Shown piece after piece: positions 19,400-28,882 of a DNA stretch of 64,000 nucleotides. The stretch covers positions 31,098 through 95,097 of the IMG/VR virus record IMGVR_UViG_3300037011_000606; one strand, written 5' to 3'. The notes under the pieces are model-generated. The model searched no databases, was not told where the DNA came from, and saw only the letters and a list, made by a program, of their open reading frames with translations. A program made the translations under genes and the position numbers. Positions within the stretch are counted from its first letter, which is position 1. The number at the start of each line of letters is the position of its first letter. The stretch is from a virus.

Positions 19400-19771
19400 T
19401 CAATTTTCCATGAGCAGCTGAATAATCTCCTCAGTGGATATTCTTAGCTTACTATTCTTTGGGTATGGCCTACTTTGTAATATAGCCAACACCCCTTTCT
19501 TAGTCAAATGTTCCCCATTCTTAAACCTAACCATCACTTCTAAAAACCATTTCTTATCGATGAACCTAGTCATCGTAGAACAATTCTCTATACCATTTAT
19601 TCTTACAAACTCTGGCCTAATGGCACAAGTTACACTAATCTCCAATAAGTCCTCTTGTAATCTTCTCAATTGATAAAACCCTCCCCTCACCTCACAGTAA
19701 GGGCAGAGTCTTATCTTCCTCCCTCTTTTGGAGACCTGCACTCCACATATAACCCTATCTAACAACACCAT
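19400..19771 (-). pseudogene. degenerate LAGLIDADG homing endonuclease
   Basis: C-terminal FLEVM..FKNGEHLTKKGVLAIL motif present; LAGLIDADG helix absent. Confidence 0.55.
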
Positions 19772-19775
19772 ACTA

Positions 19776-22601
19776 CTATGCGATATTGTCAATTCTACAT
19801 ACCTCACAGGCAGGATTCGCTACTATATTCACTCTATCATATTTCAATATCTTCTTAATTATACTCCGGACAGAGTCCACCAGTACCTCTATCTCAACCG
19901 AGAACCCCACATACGTCCCTTCCTCGATCTCTTTCTGCTTATCAACATTTGTAATAACCGTATCTATCATTATGGTATCATTCACAAAGTTAACACTAGC
20001 TACACTCCCATCCATATCCTCAAGATAATGGGGCCCCACACATACAGATATACCCATCATCCTTTCGGGCCTGTCCCTAACAACCTCTGGTGAGAACCAT
20101 TCTCCATTCCACACTCCATAGGAGAAAGCGGCCCCTCCCACATGGAAAAGACCATCTGGCCCCTTACCAAACTTACTAACGCTCATCATCATCCTACTCT
20201 TAACAATCTGCTCCCCCTTCTCCAAAGATAACTTGGACACTTCTACCTTACTCCACTTCCAATAATTAACCTCAGGAGAACTTCTCACCGCTTCATAAGT
20301 CCCCTGCAGTACTCCACCCAGGAAGTTATACCTCTTACACAAGGGCGTATCATCCAACACTATTACTTTTCCTGAATCCTTACGCTCAGTCCAAGACATC
20401 ATATCCTTGGTCTTATTACCAGGCGACCCCGGAGGTAAGAACTCAGGCCCTTCCTTACCCCTTTGAGAGAAGTCCTTGGCATAAGGCTTCCTAATAGCTC
20501 CCTCTGACTTACCCACAGGATCCTCAGTCAGCACCATCATATTATCCTCTATAAACAAATCCCAATGCTTGGTGCTCTCCTTCCACCAGTGGTAACTCAG
20601 TACAAACTCTCTAACCTCACATCCAACCTTCTCCAAGTGGCTAATCTCTAAGAAGCTAAGCTGTTTAGCATCCTCCTTAGATGTCACTGCGAAGTAATGC
20701 TTGCCAAACCTTTCAACCAAATAAGACCTCTTATCATACTTTGACACCACCGTAAAGATGGTATCTAGAGCATAAACATACTTATCCCTGATCTCCATCC
20801 TTTTATCCTTATTCTCGAACTCCCAATATCTATACTCCTTAGGAATAGTATCCTTAACTCTCTGAGGTAAGGCGCTAATCCCCATCTGTGGTATATATTC
20901 ACTCTTCTTCAGAACAAGGGGTCTGTCCTCAGTGCTCTTAGTAACCCATTTTCCATCCAGCTTTTTCATCTCGAACATCTGAGGATATCCTTCTAACCAA
21001 AACTCCTTATAATCTTCCAATTGAGCGCCCCACTCTACTATTCCTTGTTCTGAAAGCTGCGCAACACCCTCAATATCCTCGCTACCATTTTCTCCGTCCA
21101 CGGTCAACACCCCATTATTAACCCTATACTGATACACTCTTTCCACAGTATCATTCATCTTAAAATACATACCAGGTATCTTCCTAGCACTCTCCAAAAT
21201 ACTCTTGAGCCTATCTACCTCATCCTTACATACTCTACCAACACTCAACCCCACCATCCTTACCTTCTCACCATACTGATATACCCTGCGGGCTGTTAAC
21301 TCTACACCATCTCCCACAGCCAACTTCAACCCACTATTAACCTTCCCTATAAATACAAACACACCATCAAATACATCCTCTTTAGGAGTATCTATTCTTG
21401 CATCTCCACCCAACCCCACATAATACTCATTATTTCCTAACTCTTTAACCACCATTCCAACAAATTCCAACGTATTACTATAGACAAAGTACCCCTTCCC
21501 CTCAATCTCTCTTATCAATACGGGCCTAGTCTCCTTCATCAAATATCTCTCTAGGGTTAGCTCATCATCTATATAAGTCGTCCATCCGGCCATACAGCAA
21601 GGATAACCTTCAAATTGACGCTCGACTCGACTAATCCTCTCATTAAACACCATACTGCTAAGGTTCTCATCCCACCAATGGACATCTGTCAATTGCACCT
21701 GATACTTGAGATCCTCTCCCTTAACTAGAGTACTTGCCCCTCTTAAGAATCCTTCTACCCTCATCTCAGGATCCTTAGAAACAATAATACCCTCCAGCAT
21801 TATCTCCTTGACATCTTTTGCTTTGAGCATGCCGGTAAAACAAGGAAGCCTTCTAGACACATCCATCCCATTGTCCATTATCACAAACACTTCGCCATCT
21901 ACCTTATGCACCTGCACTCTCACTCCTTTAGAAAGCCGTTGTACCGAAACAGGGAATTTCAACAACTGTCCAGCTAGAGAGCTCAGCCCGTATAGGACAG
22001 TTGAAACTTCCTTAGGCTTAAAGTACTTCCCTGGTCTCGTGATGCCTTTATCCGACACCATAAACATCGGGTTAGGACTCTCTGATATATAGTTGGAGCT
22101 ATACACAGGTATATAACTCCCATCAGGCTGAGCAGTATGCAAAACCACTCTACTCGCATACTTCCCCATCAACTCATTTATATTACCTTCAGGCCCCTTA
22201 ACCACAATATCTATATTTCCTTTAGTCCTTCCCTTAGTTACAATCTCTCCAGTTAGAGATAAGGACCCACTCACATTAAATGGTAGCAGAAGCTCTAGAG
22301 CCTTCGTCAGAGTAATCTCTTCATTGGAGCTCTCTTCCATCTTCTTAGTATCCTCTACCCTTCCTAACGTTAACCTATCCAATTCATCCTTGATTCCATG
22401 ATCCAGCCCCAACTCTTTCAACCTCTCAACAAGGAGTTTATGTGTATTGTAGAAATCCTCCTTCGTCCAAACATACCCATCGGTAACAAACTCTCCACTT
22501 TTCCACTGGGCGAAAGCCTCATGCAATTTATGATGTATCATTAACACCTCACTCTCACCCAGCTTACCGACAGTCTCCACTAATCCCATATTTAACTTCA
22601 T
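19776..22601 (-). CDS. multidomain prohead protease with degenerate NTase-, ATP-dependent ligase- and phosphoesterase-like domains
   Basis: C-terminal GVWNGEWFSPE...H...YVGFSVE...VNIVANPAC; internal VSVQRLSKGVRVQVHK (ligase motif I-like), LSLTGEIV.KG.TKGNIDIVV, FVLSYH...HWDL; lies between portal and scaffold. Confidence 0.7.
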   Translation of the reverse strand: MKLNMGLVETVGKLGESEVLMIHHKLHEAFAQWKSGEFVTDGYVWTKEDFYNTHKLLVERLKELGLDHGIKDELDRLTLGRVEDTKKMEESSNEEITLTKALELLLPFNVSGSLSLTGEIVTKGRTKGNIDIVVKGPEGNINELMGKYASRVVLHTAQPDGSYIPVYSSNYISESPNPMFMVSDKGITRPGKYFKPKEVSTVLYGLSSLAGQLLKFPVSVQRLSKGVRVQVHKVDGEVFVIMDNGMDVSRRLPCFTGMLKAKDVKEIMLEGIIVSKDPEMRVEGFLRGASTLVKGEDLKYQVQLTDVHWWDENLSSMVFNERISRVERQFEGYPCCMAGWTTYIDDELTLERYLMKETRPVLIREIEGKGYFVYSNTLEFVGMVVKELGNNEYYVGLGGDARIDTPKEDVFDGVFVFIGKVNSGLKLAVGDGVELTARRVYQYGEKVRMVGLSVGRVCKDEVDRLKSILESARKIPGMYFKMNDTVERVYQYRVNNGVLTVDGENGSEDIEGVAQLSEQGIVEWGAQLEDYKEFWLEGYPQMFEMKKLDGKWVTKSTEDRPLVLKKSEYIPQMGISALPQRVKDTIPKEYRYWEFENKDKRMEIRDKYVYALDTIFTVVSKYDKRSYLVERFGKHYFAVTSKEDAKQLSFLEISHLEKVGCEVREFVLSYHWWKESTKHWDLFIEDNMMVLTEDPVGKSEGAIRKPYAKDFSQRGKEGPEFLPPGSPGNKTKDMMSWTERKDSGKVIVLDDTPLCKRYNFLGGVLQGTYEAVRSSPEVNYWKWSKVEVSKLSLEKGEQIVKSRMMMSVSKFGKGPDGLFHVGGAAFSYGVWNGEWFSPEVVRDRPERMMGISVCVGPHYLEDMDGSVASVNFVNDTIMIDTVITNVDKQKEIEEGTYVGFSVEIEVLVDSVRSIIKKILKYDRVNIVANPACEVCRIDNIA

Positions 22602-23917
22602 TGAGACTCCTCCTCATCATCTGTATCATCTGTAGAACCCCCAGGTTCATCATCCACAGGCCCAGCCGGAGTTTTATCCGTACTCGGTAATCCGCCTTCC
22701 GGAGTTCCTGGCATTGCTCCGCCACCAGTCTTCGGAGGCATTATCTGTGCATCCAACATATACTGTTCAATATCCAAGATCCTGAACATCTCGCGCTTGG
22801 TCATGGTACCATTTGCCACCGCATATGTACAAGCTCTTAACAGCTGATAGTCTATTGGCGCAGCCTCAACCCACTGGTGCTTCACCCTGTAAACAAATGG
22901 GTCCTGCCCCATCGACCTAACAATGTTATCATACCACTGCTTCTCCAAATTCCTTCTCATAAACAACTGTTCCCAACCAACTGGGCCTTGATACAACGCT
23001 AGTAAAGCCGCATCCAAAGTGGCCCTTGTCGTAGTCTTCTCCCTACCTAGCAAAGTCTTAGGTATCCCCCAATTGCCTATGATCTCTTCATCACACTTCT
23101 CAATCGAACGGATAATCGCCATCAAATCTGGCTTAAGATCAATGACCTTCGCCTCAATCTTCTTATTATATATAACCGACTGCCCGGGCTTCAACTGATC
23201 CCTAAAAGAATTCATTGCTGTCGCTTTTTCTGCCTGTCCTCTAATATCTGACGTGTCCATGCAGAACAGTCCTATCGGCGCCCAATGCCTCTTGGAAGAC
23301 TCTTTGAGATCCCTCTCATACAACAACTTCGACTTGATGGGGCTCATGACCGTTGCTATCGAAGAAATACCCGTCTTATCTACTTCCATTGAGTCTAGAG
23401 CGAAGTACAACACCTCATTAGGTTTTAATATTCTCTCCCCACCAACTGTTCTATATATATAATAATTAATCTCCAGAGTCTTCTCATTAACCACTGGAGT
23501 AATATTACTGGAGATTAACGGAACCAAACTAGCTATATTCCCTTCACTATCTTTGGCTATCTCCCAGCCACAAGCACCATAAATATGTCGCTTAATAACA
23601 GTGGTATACAGCGCATTATCCATATTAACCAATCTATTAATCAGATCCACCTTTTCTTTGATCTTCTTACATATATCTGCACTAGGCCCCGTTACCGAGG
23701 TTCTAAAACCCTTCCTCACAGTATAATACCCAACAGAGTTAATGCTCCTCCTAACAATAGACACCTTCTTATAACCATCATATAACGTATTAACCGTAAT
23801 ATCATCATTTTCAATCGTGAGCATGCTCTCCACATTCCAGATAGTAGACAATGCCCTACCATTATCTGGATACTTTCCCGTCAATCTCTGCCCTAGCGTT
23901 CTCCTTACAGCTTCCAT
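22598..23917 (-). CDS. portal protein
   Basis: Follows terL; IYG..GWEI, EVLYF...GISSI, WGIPKTLLG motifs; acidic tail. Confidence 0.88.
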   Translation of the reverse strand: MEAVRRTLGQRLTGKYPDNGRALSTIWNVESMLTIENDDITVNTLYDGYKKVSIVRRSINSVGYYTVRKGFRTSVTGPSADICKKIKEKVDLINRLVNMDNALYTTVIKRHIYGACGWEIAKDSEGNIASLVPLISSNITPVVNEKTLEINYYIYRTVGGERILKPNEVLYFALDSMEVDKTGISSIATVMSPIKSKLLYERDLKESSKRHWAPIGLFCMDTSDIRGQAEKATAMNSFRDQLKPGQSVIYNKKIEAKVIDLKPDLMAIIRSIEKCDEEIIGNWGIPKTLLGREKTTTRATLDAALLALYQGPVGWEQLFMRRNLEKQWYDNIVRSMGQDPFVYRVKHQWVEAAPIDYQLLRACTYAVANGTMTKREMFRILDIEQYMLDAQIMPPKTGGGAMPGTPEGGLPSTDKTPAGPVDDEPGGSTDDTDDEEESQ

Positions 23918-23928
23918 TTTAACACCTC

Positions 23929-25392
23929 TTAAAACGTTACGTATACTGGCACTTCTCTAACACCCTCAAGTGTATTCTCCGGCTTTAAATGCCAAACCAA
24001 ATTAACAACTGCATCAGCTACATCCTTAGATCCAGTTTTAGGATGATCTATCTTCTGCCCTCTGATCAATTCCACGGACTTTAACTCTTCTAACAACTTC
24101 TCGTAGTTCACAAACTCTAACTTACCACTGTAAGCAGATTCCTTAAAGGATGTATACTCCTTAACAGTAACATGATTCTGTATTATCTCTACTCCCTTTT
24201 CTCTGATAGATTGCAACGTCTCTGGATAGTTCCATATATCAGTTACAAAGATATCCAACTCACATCTCGTTGTCAAGTCAAATATAAAATCGGCAACCTC
24301 TTTAGCATCAATCTCTTTAATCTCATCAACATTTTTGAAAGGCTTGAACTCATGTATTATATCCACTATCGGTATATCTTTGTTCGGATCCAAATGACCA
24401 ACAGCAAGACCAAAACTATCATTCTTAACTGCGGGGTCACCAGCGGCAAAGTACTTTACCCCCGGCAACCCCCTCCAATCCGGATTAATTCTCCACCGAC
24501 CATCCGTTCCCTCATACGTTGGATTTTTAGCTCTTGAAATACAATTATCCAGCTTATACCCTTCCTTAAAGAACGTCTCAATAGCCGCGCTAGGTATAGC
24601 TCCCCAGTCCCTCCAAGCTGTTTCTGGATCCTTATCAAACTCATCTTCTAACATCTCAAACGTAATATTGGGATTCATCTCCCAAGTCGGCCAGCGCTTA
24701 CAATACCATCCAGGCTTGCCCTTGAACTGATTATATAACTCCATCGCATAGTCCTTTACATACATTGGCGAGGTGATAATAACCTTCCTACCATCCTTTC
24801 CAAATGTCTTAACACTCCTGGACAGAGTATCATAGACCATCGCCGCCGAAGAATTGCCACCAGTATCCTTAAACCTAGACAACTCATCGAAACTAACGCA
24901 GATGATAGTCTTCCCTGCTAGAGAGGCGCTATTACTATGCTCACTTCGAAGTATAACTTTGCCATCCCTCGTCGGGAAGATATACTCATTATAATGTTCT
25001 ATGTACTTCTGCTCCTGGAACCAAGGGCTATTAGCTATTCTCGCTTTAACATGGGCGAAAACAGTATCCTTCGCCTGTCTATCAGACGTAGCTACATTAA
25101 TAATAAAGATTTCGGTCCCTGCAGGCAACCCATAGTACTTGCATGGAGTCCCTCTAGATATCATCTTAAAAGCCTCATAGCAGGTTATTATAGAGGCCGT
25201 AGTAGTTTTGCCACTCCTCATCCCACATATTAACACGGTGTTCTGAATTCCTGGTTTGTAAAACTCAGTCAATACTTCTATTTGCTTTGGCCAAAGCCAT
25301 CCAATTCCCAGGTGCTTCTTGACGAAATATAAAACGTCATCGTACGCCTTCATATCATCAATCATCCGCCCTGAGAGAGGATTATCCATCAT
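23929..25392 (-). CDS. terL: terminase large subunit
   Basis: Walker A GMRSGKTT, Walker B VSFDE, ITSP coupling motif, nuclease AGDPA and KIDHP..GSKDVADA. Confidence 0.95.
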   Translation of the reverse strand: MMDNPLSGRMIDDMKAYDDVLYFVKKHLGIGWLWPKQIEVLTEFYKPGIQNTVLICGMRSGKTTTASIITCYEAFKMISRGTPCKYYGLPAGTEIFIINVATSDRQAKDTVFAHVKARIANSPWFQEQKYIEHYNEYIFPTRDGKVILRSEHSNSASLAGKTIICVSFDELSRFKDTGGNSSAAMVYDTLSRSVKTFGKDGRKVIITSPMYVKDYAMELYNQFKGKPGWYCKRWPTWEMNPNITFEMLEDEFDKDPETAWRDWGAIPSAAIETFFKEGYKLDNCISRAKNPTYEGTDGRWRINPDWRGLPGVKYFAAGDPAVKNDSFGLAVGHLDPNKDIPIVDIIHEFKPFKNVDEIKEIDAKEVADFIFDLTTRCELDIFVTDIWNYPETLQSIREKGVEIIQNHVTVKEYTSFKESAYSGKLEFVNYEKLLEELKSVELIRGQKIDHPKTGSKDVADAVVNLVWHLKPENTLEGVREVPVYVTF

Positions 25393-26672
25393 TACACCGT
25401 ACCAGTATTCGCACTATCCTGTGAGCCAGCCCCAGTCTTATTTATAGTATTTGTCCCCGCGCCATGGGAAGTATTCCCTACTATATGGTTCTTCGAACCA
25501 GATTCATCGACAGCATACTTATGTACAGTTGCTCCAGAGGCTGTTACATGGTTACCAGTCGCTGAACAATATGTACAAGTATTCATATTTATACCACTAT
25601 ATGTATTGCTAGCATCTTGGCTGCAATCCACTATAGAATTACCACTAATCAATACCTCATTCGACGTTGCCAAGTTTATACCATGCGCCCCTACCTTCTC
25701 GATATGATTACCTGTGATAACACCATTCCCTGTAGATGCATTAATCCCCAGATTATCCGCATTGTATATCTCATTACCAGAGACCACAAACCTTTCCACT
25801 ACAGATATGCCATTATAACAAGTATTAATCACATTTCCCTTTACAACAGTATCAAACCACTTGGCCCATATAGCAGACAACACCCCAGTGTGATTATTTA
25901 TACCATTCCCAGATATCACACAATTAGATGGAGAATTAGTCGTCCATATTACAGCAATAGCTACGCTGGTAGAAGCAGACATATCTATCTGATTACCATT
26001 CACAAACGCATATCCACACGAAGTATTCCTACAATCTATAACCACTCCGGAATACCCCTGACCGTTCATCTCATTATCAGTAATATGCACATTCACTATA
26101 TCATTAGTGGAATAGTACAAGTACACACAGTGCTGATTCGCGTTATAGAAGTAATTATCCTCTATCCACACATTCTTCGAGTCATAGTCACCGTTACCAA
26201 TAGCATTCAGATATGCATCATAGAAGTAACAGTTGCTAATAACTAAATCATTAGCACTAACTATCTTTAGATCCTCAGTTCCACCAGTCTGATTAGCTTT
26301 GTTTCCATCGAAGGATATACCTCTAATTACTATATGATTCCGTTGAGTAGCCACTTCTCCTATATCCAATACACTATCATCAAGGCCATTCGCTTTCTTT
26401 ACAATGGCTCCTTTCTCTCCGACCAACGCGATATTATGTCCTTGAATAGTCCAACTAGCAGCTACGGTATAAGTACCTGCCATAAGGAAGACAGTTCCTC
26501 CACCATCAGCCTCGCACTGATCTATTGCAGCTTGTACCGTAGTAAAATCACCATAAAGACCAGCCGGATCCACATGGTAAACCCTACCCCTAATTCCTTG
26601 TTCCATCCGGTTCATATCTTCATCGGTTATTATTTCGGCTGCCCATGTCTTAAACGAATAATTCGCTACCAT
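25392..26672 (-). CDS. tail spike/fibre with right-handed beta-helix (pectate lyase-like)
   Basis: VQAAID...GGTVFL.AGTY, FDGNKANQ, repeated I.GN.I turns. Confidence 0.85.
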   Translation of the reverse strand: MVANYSFKTWAAEIITDEDMNRMEQGIRGRVYHVDPAGLYGDFTTVQAAIDQCEADGGGTVFLMAGTYTVAASWTIQGHNIALVGEKGAIVKKANGLDDSVLDIGEVATQRNHIVIRGISFDGNKANQTGGTEDLKIVSANDLVISNCYFYDAYLNAIGNGDYDSKNVWIEDNYFYNANQHCVYLYYSTNDIVNVHITDNEMNGQGYSGVVIDCRNTSCGYAFVNGNQIDMSASTSVAIAVIWTTNSPSNCVISGNGINNHTGVLSAIWAKWFDTVVKGNVINTCYNGISVVERFVVSGNEIYNADNLGINASTGNGVITGNHIEKVGAHGINLATSNEVLISGNSIVDCSQDASNTYSGINMNTCTYCSATGNHVTASGATVHKYAVDESGSKNHIVGNTSHGAGTNTINKTGAGSQDSANTGTV

Positions 26673-27125
26673 TTACACCACCTCGAAATCGAAATCCCAT
26701 ATTATATGAAGCGCATCTGGCGCTCCTTTAACTATTGGCCCTATTACTACCCTCGCGGCGCACTTCCTCGCCCCCTTCACAGCGTTTTTATCTGCTATTA
26801 CAGACTCCTTGATCGTCCCGGTACCTACTCCTGCACCAAATTCAAAATAGCAACGGCATCTATGACCTACTCTTGCATTAGTACAAGATCCTCTAGCCAT
26901 CTCCGCACCTTGTAGATCTGTTTGAGAGATATCAACTGCTGTATCGCTATCCCCAATAGATATGCATTTCAGATTGGTCGGAACGCCTATCCCACCCAAT
27001 CTATCTATTATAATCTCATACCCATCTTCCAAGAGTAAATTGTGACGTTCCCCACTATCAATTACCTTACCATCTCGACGCAGTTCCCAAATTACATTAG
27101 CCTTAACACCAATCTTCATTTCCAT
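26673..27125 (-). CDS. tail fibre attachment / collar protein
   Basis: ISIGDSDTAVD..QTDLQG...F.AG.GTG.IKE motif. Confidence 0.7.
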   Translation of the reverse strand: MEMKIGVKANVIWELRRDGKVIDSGERHNLLLEDGYEIIIDRLGGIGVPTNLKCISIGDSDTAVDISQTDLQGAEMARGSCTNARVGHRCRCYFEFGAGVGTGTIKESVIADKNAVKGARKCAARVVIGPIVKGAPDALHIIWDFDFEVV

Positions 27126-27841
27126 GTTTGCGCCCCCGTTGTTACATTCAGCGACTCCGTTTTAGTTATTCCAGTAACATGAAAGTTACCACCTATACAA
27201 TCTACAGTGATATCATTCTCTAACTGGTTAGAAAACCCATCAAACATAACTCCAGCTGCCTTCTTTTCATTTACTGTAGTGACAGCCAAATCCCACCTCT
27301 CATCGGATATTAATGTAGCATCATGATTAATCACACACGCATTGAAATGACCATAAGCTGCATCTCTAAGATAACCATCATTTATCTGGAGCTCTGCTTC
27401 CACAATCCCCAATATTGATGCGAGAGCTTGCCTCAACGCGGGAATAGTTCCTCCACCATAGAGTGTTGGTACTATATTCTTAATTCGTAATCTAAATGAG
27501 GTGTCCGTCTCATCAGTCATCCTATAGCAACCTACCAAACTGCCTATATTTTCTAACCCAACCCCTTCAGCATCATCCACCCAATGCTGCTCCTCTATAA
27601 CCCCTATCATACTTTGAATTAGGCACAATTGCTCCGCCTCAATCCCCACCACCTTATAAATATTACCATCGCTATCTAGATAATACAACCAAGGAAACCT
27701 ATCAAGTATCCTCTCTCTAATAGAGCAGGGTGAAAATAGAGAATTAACCCTTAGTATTGGGAGTTGGTGACCTATTCCTATCACACTATGAAACTTCGAG
27801 AGATGTACTCCATCTCCACTGATCAGCTTATACGGTATCAA
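27116..27841 (-). CDS. baseplate wedge protein (gpI-like)
   Basis: AEGVGLENIGSLVG..R...ETD..FRLRI, GGTIPAL, KKAAGV. Confidence 0.75.
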   Translation of the reverse strand: MIPYKLISGDGVHLSKFHSVIGIGHQLPILRVNSLFSPCSIRERILDRFPWLYYLDSDGNIYKVVGIEAEQLCLIQSMIGVIEEQHWVDDAEGVGLENIGSLVGCYRMTDETDTSFRLRIKNIVPTLYGGGTIPALRQALASILGIVEAELQINDGYLRDAAYGHFNACVINHDATLISDERWDLAVTTVNEKKAAGVMFDGFSNQLENDITVDCIGGNFHVTGITKTESLNVTTGAQTWK

Positions 27842-27861
27842 GTCACCAACTCCTGTTTGAT

Positions 27862-28176
27862 CTACTTCGGCTTCTCCCCTTCTTTCTTATCTACTTCCTC
27901 TGGCGTCTTTGTATCCAAAGGCTTAACATCTTCATCATCTTTCTCTTCTACTTTCTCTTCCTTCGGCGGGATCGCCTTCTCTATATACAGATATAGCACC
28001 CCACATACTATGCCCACGATCAGCATACCCAAGCCCTCTGCCCAAGCCACCATATCTGCCGACCCGATATTATCTTTCAACACGCTCACACCCAAAGGTA
28101 TCATCACAACTGCTATCATCAGCAGAAGTGCTTCTACCTTCTTAATTCCTTCATCATCCCTAAACTGTACTTTCAT
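27862..28176 (-). CDS. two-TM membrane protein (holin-like)
   Basis: Two hydrophobic helices and a charged C-terminal tail; GAGGTGA RBS before 28176. Confidence 0.55.
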   Translation of the reverse strand: MKVQFRDDEGIKKVEALLLMIAVVMIPLGVSVLKDNIGSADMVAWAEGLGMLIVGIVCGVLYLYIEKAIPPKEEKVEEKDDEDVKPLDTKTPEEVDKKEGEKPK

Positions 28177-28181
28177 ATCTT

Positions 28182-28451
28182 TCACCTCACAAACAACGCT
28201 ATCAACGCACTTATCGCAGTTATAATCAATCCCCATATAGCTATCTTGGTATTCACACTATCCTTACTGTCATCTTTCTGCTTTTCGTAATTCTCTATCC
28301 AATTTTGCACTTTAGATGTTGCCATTTCCGCAGCATTCAATCTCTTGAATATCTCACTAGAGTCAGTTGAGAACTTCTCCACATTCTCTCTTATTACGGA
28401 CAGGCACCCTTTGATCTCCCCAATTTCCCTGTCAATACTTTCCTTTGCCAC
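28182..28451 (-). CDS. coiled-coil protein with C-terminal TM helix (XhlA-like)
   Basis: IFKRLNAAE coiled coil, then IAIWGLIITAISALIALF. Confidence 0.6.
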   Translation of the reverse strand: MAKESIDREIGEIKGCLSVIRENVEKFSTDSSEIFKRLNAAEMATSKVQNWIENYEKQKDDSKDSVNTKIAIWGLIITAISALIALFVR

Positions 28452-28570
28452 TTTTCAACCTCCTCAGTGTCAACATCAGCTATCCCACCATTATGATTAG
28501 CATACTCTATCTTCTTAATATTCCTTTCAATTATATCCAAGCAATCTGTGATTAAGCACATCGTCCTCCC

Positions 28571-28882
28571 TCACAGGATATTCTCCCAAACTCTAAATGA
28601 GCCAATCTCCGTCTTCCAAGATCCTCCAGTAATGGCTATCTTCGCTTGAATCTTCCACATGCCCTCTATATCAAGATCACCTGCGGCAGAAGTTGTCCAA
28701 TAGATCTTCCCATCCGTACCATCAGTCTCGAAGGAAGCGGTCTTAGTCAGCGTAGTACCATCCGGCTTCTCAAAGTATATCTCCTTAACCGTCGCGGATG
28801 ATATATCAACAACAACACCGTCATTCTTAACGGTGATAAGGAACTTAGTTCCAACATCCCCGATATGTATCTCTTCTGTCAT
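28571..28882 (-). CDS. BppU N-terminal-like Ig-fold virion protein
   Basis: GDVGT.F.ITV...VDIS.AT...KPDGT...DGKI.W...DLD..G.W..Q. Confidence 0.75.
   Translation of the reverse strand: MTEEIHIGDVGTKFLITVKNDGVVVDISSATVKEIYFEKPDGTTLTKTASFETDGTDGKIYWTTSAAGDLDIEGMWKIQAKIAITGGSWKTEIGSFRVWENIL

Noticed and set aside
19776-22601. Calling the 941-aa protein an active DNA ligase
   Set aside because: The KxDG adenylation lysine is absent; position and C-terminus indicate a head maturation protein.
28394-28561. Possible 55-aa - strand ORF between the BppU-like and XhlA-like genes
   Set aside because: It has an RBS but overlaps the next gene by about 58 bp and has no motif; insufficient support.
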